A stretch of 57,901 bases of DNA, counting the filler, from Catajapyx aquilonaris (Eukaryota), in assembly GCA_000934665.2 (NCBI GenBank). It is 3 parts of 3 records of this genome, joined end to end, with 100 filler letters (N's around TTAATTAATTAA, not from the genome) between each part and the next. Parts side by side here need not be neighbours in the genome. Positions count along the whole stretch, not along the records: positions 19,333 to 38,558 come from JYFJ02006508.1; positions 38,659 to 57,901 come from JYFJ02006509.1; 1 more part is not named here. The stretch is one strand, 5' to 3'. Position numbers and translations under genes: made by a program. The notes beneath the pieces were generated by a model. That model worked only from the letters and a program-made list of their open reading frames with translations. It was not told the origin of the DNA and ran no database searches. This document shows, piece after piece, positions 38,455-51,900 of this stretch (its first letter is position 1; the number at the start of each line of letters is the position of its first letter).

Positions 38455-38558
38455 TTGGTCTTGTCACCTTATTCATTTACGCATGTATTGATCATAGTGG
38501 TGATTTCATATCATTGTTCCAATCATACCTTTCTCCTTTCCCATTTGATACTTGGTAT

Positions 38559-38658
38559 NNNNNNNNNNNNNNNNNNNNNNNNNNNNNNNNNNNNNNNNNN
38601 NNTTAATTAATTAANNNNNNNNNNNNNNNNNNNNNNNNNNNNNNNNNNNNNNNNNNNN
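38559..38658. other. Artificial contig spacer
   Basis: 44 N + TTAATTAATTAA + 44 N. Confidence 0.97.
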
Positions 38659-39440
38659 AAATCGGTGAGGTTGGAATTTGACCTCTGCCCTCCTCAGAAT
38701 TAGGTCACGAGGTCATTTAGATCAGGTAACTATAGGTGCGTTTTTCATCCCTTGGGGTGGGCTACCAATGCACCGAATTTCAAGAAAATAAGTGGAGGTC
38801 GAAATTTTATGATTTGACCTCTGCCCCCCTCAAAATTGGGTCACGAGGTCATTTTGATCAGGTAACTATAGGTGCGTTTCTCATCCCTTGGGGTGGGCTA
38901 CCAATGCACCGAATTTGAAGAAAATCGGTGAGGTTGAAATTTTATGATTTGACCTCTGCCCCCCTCAAAATTGGGTCACGAGGTCATTTTTATCAGGTAA
39001 CTATAGGTGCGTTTTTCATCCCTTGTTGTGGGCTACCAATGCACCGAATTTGAAGAAAATCGGCGAGGTCATAAAATTTCCGGAAAAGGGGGGAAAAAAA
39101 CTCAGGCCCTGGGGTAATGCAAGCCTTCAAAAACTCCGTCATCAAAGGGTTAATACAAAAGTTATGACCATCTGAAACTTCGCCCGTAAGGAATGAAAAA
39201 CGCACCTACTGTGACCTGCTCAAAATTACCGGTGACCCCTTTTTGGGGGCTATCAATGCACCTAATTTCAAGAAAATGGGTGAGTTTTAGGCATTTAAGA
39301 CTTGACCTCTGCTCCCCAAAAGGGGTCACCAGGTCATTTTGAGCAGGTCACTTTACGTGCGTTTTTCATCACTTGGGGTGGCCTACCAATATACCGAATT
39401 TCAAGAAAATCGGTGGGACCTTGGAGAGTGTCCCTTGTGA
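38659..39440. repeat. Tandem ~130-135-bp subrepeats (Helentron/HINE-like or satellite)
   Basis: At least 4 units of tttgacctctgccccctcaaaattgggtcacgaggtcatt...caggtaactataggtgcgtttttcatcccttggggtgggctaccaatgcaccgaattt, plus one inverted piece. Confidence 0.75.
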
Positions 39441-39754
39441 GTTGGAGAGGTCATAACTTTTGACCTTGTGGGTATCCGCCTAAATTGTTTGCAGTTTCTT
39501 TAATAACTTACCTGCCTACACTATTGTGCCAAGTTTCATTCAGAAACTCCACGGACAACACTTACACTTCCCTTGTCAGATTTGTAATCAGAACAATACT
39601 GTTACTGGTACTAACAAATTATGAGTTGCCATTGAATCCCCAGTTGAGGGTATGTGGGTTAAAAGTAATAGTGGTACTAAACAACACCACCATCACGACA
39701 TTTCCATATAAGGGGTAGTCAGCAATGAAGGTCGATGCAAAAAAAAGAAGTGTT

Positions 39755-39995
39755 AAGGACACTGTTAAAGATAAGGTGTGTAGGTCTACTCTAAGGTGGT
39801 TTGGCTATGTGGAGAGGATGAAGGAGGAGGAGATTGTGAAGAAGGTTTTTTTTGGGTGGAGTAATAGTTGGTAAGAGGGGCAAGGGTAGGCCTAGGAAGA
39901 CATGGTTAGACCAGGCCATCCGAGACGTTCATGTGTACCATGGACGTGGCTGAGGCTAAGGTTGTTTGTTTGGATAGGTGTAAATGGCGTAGGTT
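39755..39995 (+). mobile_element. RTE-like LINE 3' end
   Basis: LRWFGYVERMKEEEIVKKVF...GKRGKGRPRKTW. Confidence 0.65.
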
Positions 39996-40531
39996 AATTA
40001 ATGGGTAGAATATTCACGGGTTTGTGAGGAATGGCAGTGTCCATTGAATTCTTCCAAATGGCTAGAATGTTTGCAGGTTGGTGGGTGGAGTCGGCGTCTG
40101 GAAGTTCATGCTCGGGCTCTGGGTGCTGTGCAGATCTACAAGTTGGCAGATATCTCTGGCACAGAAATGCATAGGTTGACACCGGTAGTCATGCTTGCAA
40201 AGGTATCTGCCTCTCTTTCTGTCCTGCACAGCACTTGGAGTTCGGGTGTGCATTTCCGTATGCTGGTTCTTCTCGATGGCCTGTGGGTGTTCTGGTCGTT
40301 TGGAGGAGAATAGAGAGTTTCAGTGGGCCTTATCGTATGTTACGAAACGATACTCCGTGGGCTCCAAAGAAGCATAACCGAAGCGGTGATTGGTCCGGCT
40401 GTCCCTCCCGCTATCATCCACCCACTCCCTACGTTTCGTATCCCGATACAGGTGGAGTGATAGAGTTATACGATACCCATCCCGCTGACCGAAACCATCC
40501 CACTGCTACCACCTTAACCTGGACCCGGCGG

Positions 40532-41047
40532 CAGGCCCGTATCAAGGCTTCAATGGGCCCCTAGGCAATTTCACTTGGGGGCCCCTCTCCCATTCCACAC
40601 CCTCCCCCCTCGAACCCTTCTCCAATCCACTAAAAAAAGTGACACTACGAAAAGCAAATTTTCAAGCACCAGTGGGTTTCATTTCTTTCAATCTACAAGA
40701 GAATAAACTTTCTTGCCTTACTCATTGCAAATGATTGCATTGCTTCTTTGAAGGTGTGTTTTTTTTTTTGTTGTTTTTTTTTTTTTGGCAAGTTCATGTT
40801 CAATGGATAGCACAGCCAAATTAGTCAAGCAATTGTGGGTCATGGTGGATCTCTGATACGTTTTGATCAACACGAGTTTTCTGAACGATCTCTCTGCTTC
40901 GGCCACTGTTACCAGAAGGGTACAAAAAATTATCAGCGCGATGCAGACAGTTGGCGCCTCTATATTTTCATATGCCACGCCTGGGCCCCCCAGGGTCTCG
41001 GACCCCTAGGCAAGATCCTAGGAAGCCCCCCCTTCGCGACGGCCCTG
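40532..41047 (-). mobile_element. Non-autonomous hAT element with dimerisation-domain remnant
   Basis: TIRs CAGGcCCGT/ACGGCCCTG; VTVAEAERSFRKLVLIKTYQRSTM...LAVLSIEHELA. Confidence 0.75.
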
Positions 41048-41880
41048 CAGGCGGTGTGCACGTCGCGTCGCCCCATGTGGGTGCAGGACTAAAAGTGCAA
41101 GGGTTGGTAGCACTCCCTCCCAGCTAGGACCAGGGAAACGGCTCCTCGTGTGAGGGGTAGCGTACTAGCTCACTTGCTGACACCTGAAACACTCCTACCA
41201 TGTGAAACGATTACGCTTTCAGGCGGGGCGGAGTTACGATGCGTTCGTGATTCGTTATGTCTTGGAAAACGGATCCCCTGAAACTCTAATATTCTAGTCA
41301 CTTGGAGGAATTTAACAGTTGCTGATTCCTCTTCCGGGGGGGTGGGGGGGAGAAACTTTATTTCTCAAAGTACTGCGTTGTATAGTGTAATATTTAAATT
41401 TATTATTGAGTGTTTGTCGTCTGAGATGGGCAGGGGTGCCCCCCCCCCCCNCCCCCCCCCCCCCCCCGCCAATCTCTGACGACAAACGGATTGTTTATAG
41501 ATTCAGTTTTAATTTAGTTCACATTTTGGGTTAGCTTGTGGCTCCTGTCATCGCTGACTACCCCCTTATAAGGAAATGTCGTGATGATGATGATGATGAT
41601 GATGTGAACGGGGACAACCTCAGTCATTAGAAAAATATTTTAGAACATCTACGTGAAAATAAAAGGTGAGAATATTCATGTATTACTGAGACCAATGCAC
41701 TAAACTGGTCATCACTGTATGGTTTATTACCCTACTCTCAATCATTTCCCATCCGTGCTTCGTTCTCAATCACAGTTTTGTGACATCTACGCACATGCGC
41801 ACATTTCCACTTTTATTCACAGTTCGCCAAATTGCATTGCAAATTTATATCAGCATATTTGAATTCAGAATGAAACCTCC

Positions 41881-42226
41881 GAGGGGCGGATCCAGAGATG
41901 AATTTTGGGGGAGGAACTATTCTGTATCAATGTTGCCCCCCACCCCCCTCGTTTTCAAAGCCAGGCGCATAAGCAGAAATTTTTTAGGAGGGGGGCCCAT
42001 TTTATAAGTACTAGGTGAACAAGCCGTAAATGACGGTGAATTTTTTTTTGAGGGTTCAAGGTCACACAAACTTAGGTGAATGTGAGAGGTGCGAGTTTAG
42101 TATGTTCGAACAAATCGCGGTTCGAATGAAATCTGAGGTGATCGTTATAATTTTAAAGAGTCTTAAGCTGATTTGGGGAGGGGGGGGGGGATGTCACCTA
42201 TCCCCCCCCCGGTGGATCCACCCCTG
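41881..42226. mobile_element. hAT-type MITE
   Basis: AGGGGCGGATCCA...TGGATCCACCCCTG; AACCTCC on both flanks. Confidence 0.65.
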
Positions 42227-42907
42227 AACCTCCATATCCCGAATTTAAGTTCAAAGTGAGCGGTTTTAGGTTCACACGCTCACCATATTGGATCCGCCAT
42301 ATTGATGAATTTTTGACAACAGATTTGAGTTCCGCGACAAAAACTACCTCTGAGAACCAACTTGTCACTATTGCGTAATATTATTGTTAGCCGTTTAAAT
42401 AATATGTCCACTTTTTTTCGATTTAGTCCTACTGTGTGGCGGAGGGATGTGGTGTAGAAAGCAGCGAGAGGTAGTACTAGTGTCAGCGAGGGGCAAGTGG
42501 GGGCTTTGCCAGAAAACCCCACCCTGCCAGGTTAGGGGGCAATCTACTATAGTTAGCGTTGTGTCCCTGTGTGTCTCACTACCATACTAAATCACATTTC
42601 TTAAAATGGTACGTAAAAGAGCATACACTTGTAGTATGCAAGACTATAGATAAACTGCATCATGAAGAAGTCTTGAAATGCAGAACAATCTATCACATTT
42701 TGATAAAATAGTCCTTGATGTCATGATGTGCACTTGTGATGGTCAAGTTGGTTTTCTGATACGAAATTACAGCCCTTTACAGAAATGATTAAAGGGATTC
42801 CCTTAGGGATAATACAACTTTCTAACTTTAAAGCACCATCTTGAAATCATTCCATTGTGTGACTGATTGTTTCACATTTCTGGCCTTCGTATGAACACAC
42901 TACTCAC

Positions 42908-45900
42908 CCATCCAAGTGGGGGGCAGGCTGGGTCGTACTACAACAACAAAACATCATTAGACATCCCTATGTAGCTAGAAAGGAAACAGCTGTCACATCA
43001 TCATGGAAAAATGTGACCCAAATTCTTCCTTGCTCAGTTATGAATTTCCAGAGCTAGTTCAGAGGTACACTTATTAGTGGAATTATAACAAACCATAACA
43101 AATAATGTCAGTTACCTGATAATATGCCACCTTTACTTCATCGTTTCATGCACTAGTTCAACAAAGTGAAACATATGGTATTTGCTTACATAAAAAATTG
43201 AGATGCATTTGTATCCTTTCCTCTGTTTGCCATTGATAGCAAAAATGGCTTTTCATGCTTCAGAGAAAAGCTTTCATCTGGAAAAGGTAAAACAGATTTA
43301 TATGGTTAGGGTTCAATAAACCTTTTAAAAAGTTCATTAAATTTTTTGTTCTGTGAAATACCTCCATTCCTTTATTTGTGTGTGGGTGGGACAAGGGGAT
43401 GAGTTGGCAGAGAAGGGTGGTTCCATTTCGGATCAGCCAGTGAGTGTCAAAAGGTGTCAAGTCATAGTCATCGATTATTGTGAAAAATATATATGTGAAA
43501 CCCACATCCAATTGAACCTTTATTAGTCCGGACGTTAAGGGATTCAACCGTGCATTTGGTGAAAAAAGCATGAAATTTGGTACAATAAATATCCCTGAGA
43601 GCATACTCTTTAAATTCAGATATGGCGCCACGCCCGTTTTCGCCCAGGAGGCGGGTTGGCTACACTGAAGCGAGTGACAAGTCTTTTTCTGAGCGAACTA
43701 TGCTTCCTAGGCGGATATGTGCCAAACAAATGTTGTGGGGAAACATGTATCCTACAAAAAGTATATAGTAACCTTTCCACGTACGGTGAGTATTTTCGGA
43801 GCTACAGCGACTTGAACCAAATTAAGGGACGAAAAAAAAGTCAACCGTGCATTGGTTAAATTTGGTAAGAATGTCCCTGAGACCATACTCTTCCAATCCA
43901 GATATGGCGCCACGGCCGTTTTCGCCCAGGTGGCCCGTAATTGCGGGTTGGCTACCTTGAAGCGAGTAAAAAGTCTTTTCTGAGCGTACTATGCCTCTCA
44001 GGCGGATATGTTCCAAACCAACGTTGTACAGAAACATGTACTCTACAAAAAGTATGAAGTACCTTTTCCACGTAGAGTCCTTATTTTCAGAGCTACATCG
44101 ACTTGAACCCATAGTCATGGAATTATGGGATGAAATGGTCAACCGTGCACTTTGGTGATGAAGACATGAAATATGGTAGGAATGTCCTAGGGACTACACT
44201 CTTCAAATTCAGATATGGCGCCACGCCAGTTTTCGCCCAGGAGGCCCGTAATTGCGGGTTGGCTACCCTTCAGAGAGTGAAAAGTCTTTTTAAAGTCGAT
44301 GTAGCTCTGAAAATATGGACTCTACGTGGAAAAGGTACTTCATACTTTTTGTAGAGTACATGTTTCTGTACAACGTTTGTTTGGCACCTTTCCTCCTGAG
44401 AAGCATAGTTCGCTCAGAAAAGACCTTTAACTGGCTTCAAGGTAGCCAACCCGCAATTACGTGCCACCTGGGCGAAAACGGCCGTGGCGCCATATCTGGA
44501 TTGGAGGAGTATGGTCTCAGGGACATTCCTACAAAATTTCACCAATGCACGGTTGACTTTTTTTTCGTCCCTTAATTTAGTTCAAGTCGCTGTAGCTCCG
44601 AAAATACTGAACGTACGTGGAAAGGTTACTATATACTTTTTGTAGGATACATGTTTCCCCACAACATTTGTTTGGCACATATCCGCCTAGGAAGCATAGT
44701 TCGCTCAGAAGAAGACTTGTCACTCGCTTCAGTGTAGCCAACCCGCCTCCTGGGCGAAAACGGGCGTGGCGCCATATCTGAATTTAAAGAGTATGCTCTC
44801 AGGGACATTTGTACCAAATTTCATGCTTTTTTCACCAAATGCACGGTTGACCCATTATTCGCCCCTTAACGTCCGGACTATATGGAGCAGTCAGTTTTAC
44901 GAGATTAAATTTAGTTATCGAGATATTAATATTTCTTTTAAGGGGTACCAAAATCACAACCATGGGAAGATGCACTTTTTCCATTCCTTTCAACGAGTAT
45001 ATTTCCAGAACCGTCCTGAAAACAGATATGAAATTTTAAATTCATGGTTTTGGAATAATGCACTGTTATGTAACATATACATTTATCCTATTTAATGGTA
45101 CAGCCACTTTGAAAAAAAATCTCCAATCTTCCATATTTTTGGTCAAAATTTGCATATTTCGCAATTTAATACACCGTTATGGTAAACGTGAAGATTGTTA
45201 TTTTGTGATATACTCGGTGTTCCCCTAAATGTTATTAAATAAAACCTTTGGTAGCTCCGTGTGTAGTTGAGATATGCAAGGTGAAAATATGTTCTGTGAT
45301 AAAATAATATGAAAACCTGGTCTGGGTTCTTGGGGCATTTTTGCGGTAATGCGGACAATTAAAAAAAAACAAACTTTCATTGCAATTTTCCCTGCTCGTG
45401 GAAAGAGTATCCATGCAGTTACTTCTATATAGATTCCATCCATTTAGTCAGGGTATTAAGTGCTCCTTTGAAAAATGTGAACATTATACAATCATGTAAC
45501 CCAAGGTCGTGTGGAAGCATACCCGTAGCAAAAAAAAGATGAATGGGTAGCCATTCCAGGGGCGAAAGGGATTCAAAGTTGCCATCATTGGTTTGTGCAC
45601 AATGGATGTACAATAATGACACGGACATATAGTTCTCCTGACACAAGGAAGTAACTGCTACTTAAATATGTCAAGTAAGTTCCCTACTACAATAAAATTC
45701 ACAACAAAAGTTAGACTCATGTTATCAGTGCACGCATATTAATATGTGAACAACTGTAACAAGGTCTATGATGTAGCATACGGAGTGTTGCAACTGATGC
45801 AATATACATAAATTTCACTCTGTTATACAGTAAAACTTCTATAAGTCGAACTTTCCTAAGTCGAAGTTCTCTATAAGTCGAAGTTCTCTATAAGTCGAAG

Positions 45901-48900
45901 AAAATGGTCAGCTTGGTTGTAAAATAATAGGAAATAAACTTTCCTAACTCGAATTTCTGTACCTCGAAGTGCAGGCAGGGCCTTACGATGGGATATCAAT
46001 GCATTTTCAGTCTCCCTAAGTCCAAGTTCATGTTGGCGAGTACGGAAAATTTTCTCATTTCCCAGCCGAAGGGTCGAGAGTAGGCCACATGTACAGAAAG
46101 GCTCAATTTCCTGATCTCCATCTACCAGATGTACCGAAAGAAGTGTTTGACTCGATTGTGACAATTGAATCCTTGAATCTTAGAGTAGGCAAATGTACAT
46201 AACAGAGTTTTTTTTACAACAAAACAATGAGGAACACTGTAAGTGTGATAGTGACAGTTATTTTTAAGTATTGAACACCTTTCGTCGCTGGATATAAAGG
46301 TATAGGCTTCCTTATAGGGTTATGTGCTTTAAAAAAGCCAAACTTCACTAACTCGAATCTTCTACAGAGTGTATCAGTCACAGGTCAAGCGCGCGCGAGG
46401 GGGTGGGGGAAAATCATAGGTGGCGACTACCCCAGTCGGTTTTATAAAACACTTAGAAATACGGCAGTAGTCAATTCATTTATTATGGCCATATGGCGTG
46501 ACGTCACGTCCTTTCTGTTCGAATTGAGCCTGCCACGCACGGCAAATGCAAGGTAAGAGTGCAGTGGTTTGAAGCTGGTTGACGGGTTTTTAGCCTTGCT
46601 GGTTGCACTGAAAAAGGCACTCTCATGCTACACCGGCAGGGTACTGTACAAAGTAGTGTACTACTGTACAGTGGTGTGTTCAGTACCCTGCCGGTGTAGC
46701 ATGAGAGCACCTTTTTCAGTGCAACCCGCAAGGCTAAAAATCCGTTCAACCAGCTTCAAACACATTCAAACCCCTGCACTCTTGCCTTGCATTTGCCGTG
46801 CCCGCCAGGCTCAATTCAAACAGAAAGGACGTGGCGTCACGCCATACGGCCATAATAAATAAATTGATTACTGCCGTATTTCTAATTGTTTTATAAAACC
46901 GACTGGGGTAGTCGCCACCTACGATTTTTCCCCACCCCATTGCGCGCACTTGACCTGTGACTCTGATACACCCTGTATAACTCGAACTTTTTTCTCGGTC
47001 CCATGGAGATTCGACTTATAGAAGTTTTACTGTAGTTCATTATGACTTTTAGAAGTAACTGCAAGGATGCTGAAAGACACTAAATGAAAGCAAAAAATTC
47101 CACTTTTCATAAATTTGTATCCCATTTATCAAGAATCTAGACCAGGTTTTCATATTATTTTATCACAGAACCGGTCATTTCTTTATGAAATATAATAAAT
47201 ATTGCACATTAAAAATGGGATTTTCGAGATATTAATTTTTGAAATTTGCATGTTGTTGCATAGAAACACAAATCACCTCTGACATAAATTAGTATCTCAC
47301 TGAATACAAATATCACATACCGAATTTTGATACAGTTTTATATTGTACCTCACGCTACTTTGTTACACAAAAAATAACAATTAAATATTTTAAATTGCTT
47401 CAAGTAAATATTTATTTGAAATATTTATTGAAGCACAATGACGAACGTTGTCACCATACAAAAATTTGTATCTCACATATAAAAAATTTGGCCCGGGTTT
47501 TGACACTACTTCATTTGATTACATATGTCTGTCCCTGTAAAATTAAAAATTAAAATTACAATTTAATATGGCCTTTCGGAGAAAATAATTTTTGTAATAT
47601 GCATGTTTCCGCTTGTTGCCATATTTTCACCTTGCATATCTCAACTACACACGGAGCTAACAAAGGTTTTATTTAATAACCATTAGGGGGACACCGAGTA
47701 TATTACAAAATATAATCAGCACAATCGTCACGTTTACCATATCGGGGTATTAAATTGCGAAATATGCAAATTTTGACCAAAATATGCAAGATTGGAGATT
47801 TTTTTGAAGGTGACTGTACCATTAAATAAGATAAATGTATGTGTTAGGCTCAACCCCCGAAAACGGCCATTGGGCGAAAAAAACGTCCATTCTGCAGAAT
47901 GCTCCTTGTCCAACCATACATTCTGCAGAATGGACGTTTTAATGTCGTTTGCCATATGGTTGAAATACTTAAAAGGGCCGGGTCATTAGGTTTCCCTCCA
48001 CTTTCTGGGCGGCAGCGAGCGAAAATTGGGTGTGCTGACTCGTCTTCGTTCGATGAATCCTGGCGCGCTGTTAGAGATACGGACACGCGGTTTTTTGCAT
48101 TGTCCGGAGAAAGAGCTGGCGCTTGTTCCTGTCGTGGAACTGTTCTAATCGGCCAATAAGTAATCGATCGGCGATCGGAAATGCGTTTGGGAATTGACGT
48201 CACAGGGGCGTCGCAACGGAGCCAGCCATTTGAATTTGGCGTCTCTTTCTGGCCAGCTCTTTCTCCGGACGATGCAAAAAACCGCGTGTCCGTATCTCTA
48301 ACAGCGCGCCAGGATTCGTCGAACGAAGACGAGTCAGCGCACCCGATTTTCGCTCGCTGCCGCCCAGAAAGTGGAGGGAAGACTAATGACCCGGCCCTCT
48401 TAACATTTGATAATGGTGTTTATTTTCTAGGAACTACTACCTTAATCATAAGAGGCAGGATTCAATGTCCCCTATGTCCATTTGTGTCTTTTTGAGATTT
48501 GAGTTTTTGTTGTCATAAAGTATACGCATATGAACTTATATGGCTTTGGAAAAATCCTCCGATTTCCGGTGCTTGGACCTAGGGACATTTGGTGTATTCT
48601 GACCTCAGGAGGAGGTGGGGAACGTACCATAAGCTCCCAATCGATCAGCTAATTTTTCTTGAAAATGGACTTAGGGGACCTTGGAATCCGTAAGGTAGTA
48701 AGCAGGAATTCATAAGTTGCAGTTGCAAAAAGTACTGCACTGACAAGAAATGTAAATGAATGAATGAATGAATGTTTATTTCCCTTATGGATACCTACTG
48801 GTGTTTTAAGGGTGACCTCTCTTAAGTGCATTTTACATCATTTTTCTTTCAGCCAGGTTACAACGTTATATCACAAAATTTCAAGAAATGTAAATGTCGA

Positions 48901-51900
48901 TCGAGCAATATTAAGTGCAATAATTCTAAGTGTCATTTGAACAGTGCTAATAACTGAAGGATAACAGTGCCTGGAAGATGATGTACTAGTAATAATGGTA
49001 ATAAATATTTGGAGGTAACACAGTTCTTGGAAGAGATGTACTAGTAATAGTTCGTGGAAAATAAACACCATCATCAAATGTTAAGTATTGCAACCATTTC
49101 CCACACAACAATGGGGTGATTTATTTCCAGCATCTACATGGCATAGTGGGAAACAAGAAACATACTGCCACGAGTTATGGGTGTCTTCTAAACCAGCCAT
49201 CCCGACACGAAATTGGCATCCTGACGTTTAAGTTTAGCCTAGGAAAGTGTTCTGGCATTTTTAAAAGAGAATTTCAGGGTCTGGCCGTTTCACTAAAATG
49301 TCCATTCTGCAGAATGGACGGTTTAAAACGTCCAGACTGCAGAATGCTCCATGTCAAACAGTCCGTTCTGCAGAATGGATGGTTGGACAAGGAGCATTCT
49401 ACACAATGGATGGTTTGGCATAGAGCAGTGGTTCCCAAACTTTTTTTGGTCGCGGCCCACATCAGATAGGGAAAATACCTCGCAGCCCACCTAATGAGCC
49501 AGTTACATCTGGTCACCTCCCACGCAAAGAGTGCATGTGTATGCTTTCTGTGTTAAGAACTAAGCAGGATTTTTTCTTTCTTTTTTTACATACTGTGCTC
49601 GGGCTCCACATTTGGCCAGATCATTTTATAGTTTACAAAAAACATTTTAAAGCTGGCGGTCCACAGTTTGGGAACCACTGGCATAGAGCATTCTGCAGTA
49701 TGGACATTTTTTTCCCCCAATGGCCGTTTTCGGGGTTTGAGCATAACACATGCATTATTCCAAAACCATGAATTTAAAATTTCAGATGTTTTCAGAACGG
49801 TTCTGGAAATATAGCCTACTCATTGAAAGGAATGGAAAAGTGCACCTTCTCATGGTTGTGATTTTGGTACCCCTTAACCCTGGAACCGTGCCGTGCCTAC
49901 GAGTATTACGGCAACCGTGCCGTGGGGTCTTTTTGGACCCCACCATATTTTTATTTTTATTAATTATTATATAATACTTTTCGATGTATTGACTATATAC
50001 AATCATTCTTTGAACAATGCCTAAAAGGATCGCTAATTCAAAAGAAACCTGCACTTCCTGTTATATATTGTAAAAAATGATAAAAGTTCCATGTAATTAT
50101 CATTTTAATGCATTTTTTTCCTTGGGGTCCAAAAAGACCCCACGGTACGGTTCTAGGGTTAAAAGAAATATGGGAAAGGAGGGTAAGAGGACGCGGTCCA
50201 GCAAGAGTTCGCATAGGAGTTTTGAACAATTGGCAACACTGAGAATGATCGCGACAGTGGGGTGTTGTTTGGCAAGATAAGAGCTGAATATCAATCATTG
50301 TTGCATTGGGATCACCCGTAATTCAGTCATATGAGAGAAGTTTGTGTGTTTAAGCCATTGGGCTCTTATTTTGCAAAAGTTGAAACGTAAGGTATTACTC
50401 TTCAAACATAGAACAAGTGTGTTGTGTTGTGGTTATAGCAGAGTGTAAAGCTTGTTAGTTGAGCTGCGTAATGCCGTGGGTGACAATCGTTCTTCTGGTT
50501 GGTCCTGTCATCTACCTTAGTAAATATAAACTAAGGTTGAGGGAGGACAAGAGTACGCATAGCTTGGTAGGGCAAGAGTAAGCACGAACTCTCCATTTGT
50601 AACTATACGGGTATCTTGTAATTCGCCCCCCTCCCCCCTTCGGGGGAAAAAAAGCCGAAGAAATGAAAAGAAAAGGGTCAAGAACTTTTTAAAAAGCTGT
50701 CTCGGCAGTTCAACAACGTCAACAAGTTCGTCGTCATGTGCTACGACCAAAAAGAACGTCTACGCCCTGTCTGGGTTGTAGGGAGACGTTTGATGATAAC
50801 TGGGTACAATGTGGGAAATGTCGGTCATGGTGGGTTGAGGCCTGTTCTGCCTATGAGCAGAGCTGCCAACCCTCCCGCATTGGGCGGGGGACTCCCGCAT
50901 TTACGTGTTCTCCCCCGCCCCCCCCTCACGCAGGGTTATTTCCCCCACCGTAGAGATTATCGTTAAATTATTATATTTAGTACTAGTAGGCCTACTGTAC
51001 TACCTCACTAAGCCCCATGTCATGTCCCCCCTAGTTGTATGGATACGGTAGTTTAATTTCTGTGTCTCCACCAGGCTGGGAATTTGGTGCTGGCCGCGCT
51101 ACATCGTTCGCTATCCGCCATCTTTTTCAAGGTGTACTCAAGTGGTAAGTCTGCGGAAGAAAGATCCAGCCAATCGCGACAGACTACCCGCTACCTACCA
51201 CAGGAGTTGCACCATGAACAAGATGGCGTCTTAGCGAAAGATGGACAGAATCCCCTTCTCAGATGCCCAATCCCCCTCATTATGTCATTCCCTCCCCCTC
51301 ATTTTTTTGGTGTAGGGTTGTCAGCTCTGCTATGAGGGTATTTGACATTTTATTTTTGACTGTTGTTAGGTGCAAACTCTTGCCTTACTTCAATAGTACT
51401 CTTGCCCTCCATGTCGGACAAGAGTAGTATGCAAGTGTCATCATGAAAGGTTTTAATTTTTATCTCAGATTCCCTTTTGTTTTTCTTGCGTTTTCGCTTA
51501 TAATAATTTGATAAGATGTACGACAATCATTATACCCTAAGCTCCTGCAAGTTAGATTATAAACAAAATATTTATGAAGAAAAACAAATAAGATGCGTAC
51601 TCTTACCCTCCTCTCCCATATTAATTATCTCGATAACTAAATTTAATCTAGTAAAACTGATTGCTCCATGAAGGTTCAATTGGATGTGGGTTTCACATAT
51701 ATTTTTCACAAAAATCGATGACTATGACTTGACACATTTTGACACTCACTGGCTGATCTGAAATGGAACCACACAGAAGGGGGTTACAGGGAGGTGGATA
51801 GGTATTATCAATTTTAAAAAGAAACAGCTGGACAGGGAAGAAGAGTAAAAATGAAAATGACCTAAATAGTGACATATGTACTTTTTACATGAATCAGTTT

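Larger units (their letters stand above)
47847..49743. mobile_element. PIF/Harbinger-like non-autonomous element
   Basis: GGCTCAACCCCCGAAAACGGCCATTGGG...CCCAATGGCCGTTTTCGGGGTTTGAGC with TTA/TAA flanks; related to 6205-7205. Confidence 0.6.
44942..49873. mobile_element. TTAA-targeting (Kolobok-like) non-autonomous element with long TIRs and nested insertions
   Basis: TTAA|GGGGTACCAAAATCACAACCATG...CATGGTTGTGATTTTGGTACCCC|TTAA; arms 44942-45290 versus 47620-47846 plus 49744-49873. Confidence 0.72.
43415..51774. mobile_element. Outer long-TIR DNA element (Sola2-like termini) hosting nested insertions
   Basis: AGAA|GGGTGGTTCCATTTC...GAAATGGAACCACAC|AGAA (4-bp TSD). The left TIR is split into 43415-43523, 44884-44932 and about 50167-50195, matching the right arm at about 51595-51774. 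Confidence 0.7.

Noticed and set aside
38659..39440. Tandem repeats as a CRISPR array
   Set aside because: Units are ~130 bp, contiguous and without unique spacers; eukaryotic context; no cas genes
43260..50300. Many 60-120 aa ORFs, some repeated on both strands
   Set aside because: They arise from MITE inverted repeats; only the cyclophilin exon edge at 43277 is coding
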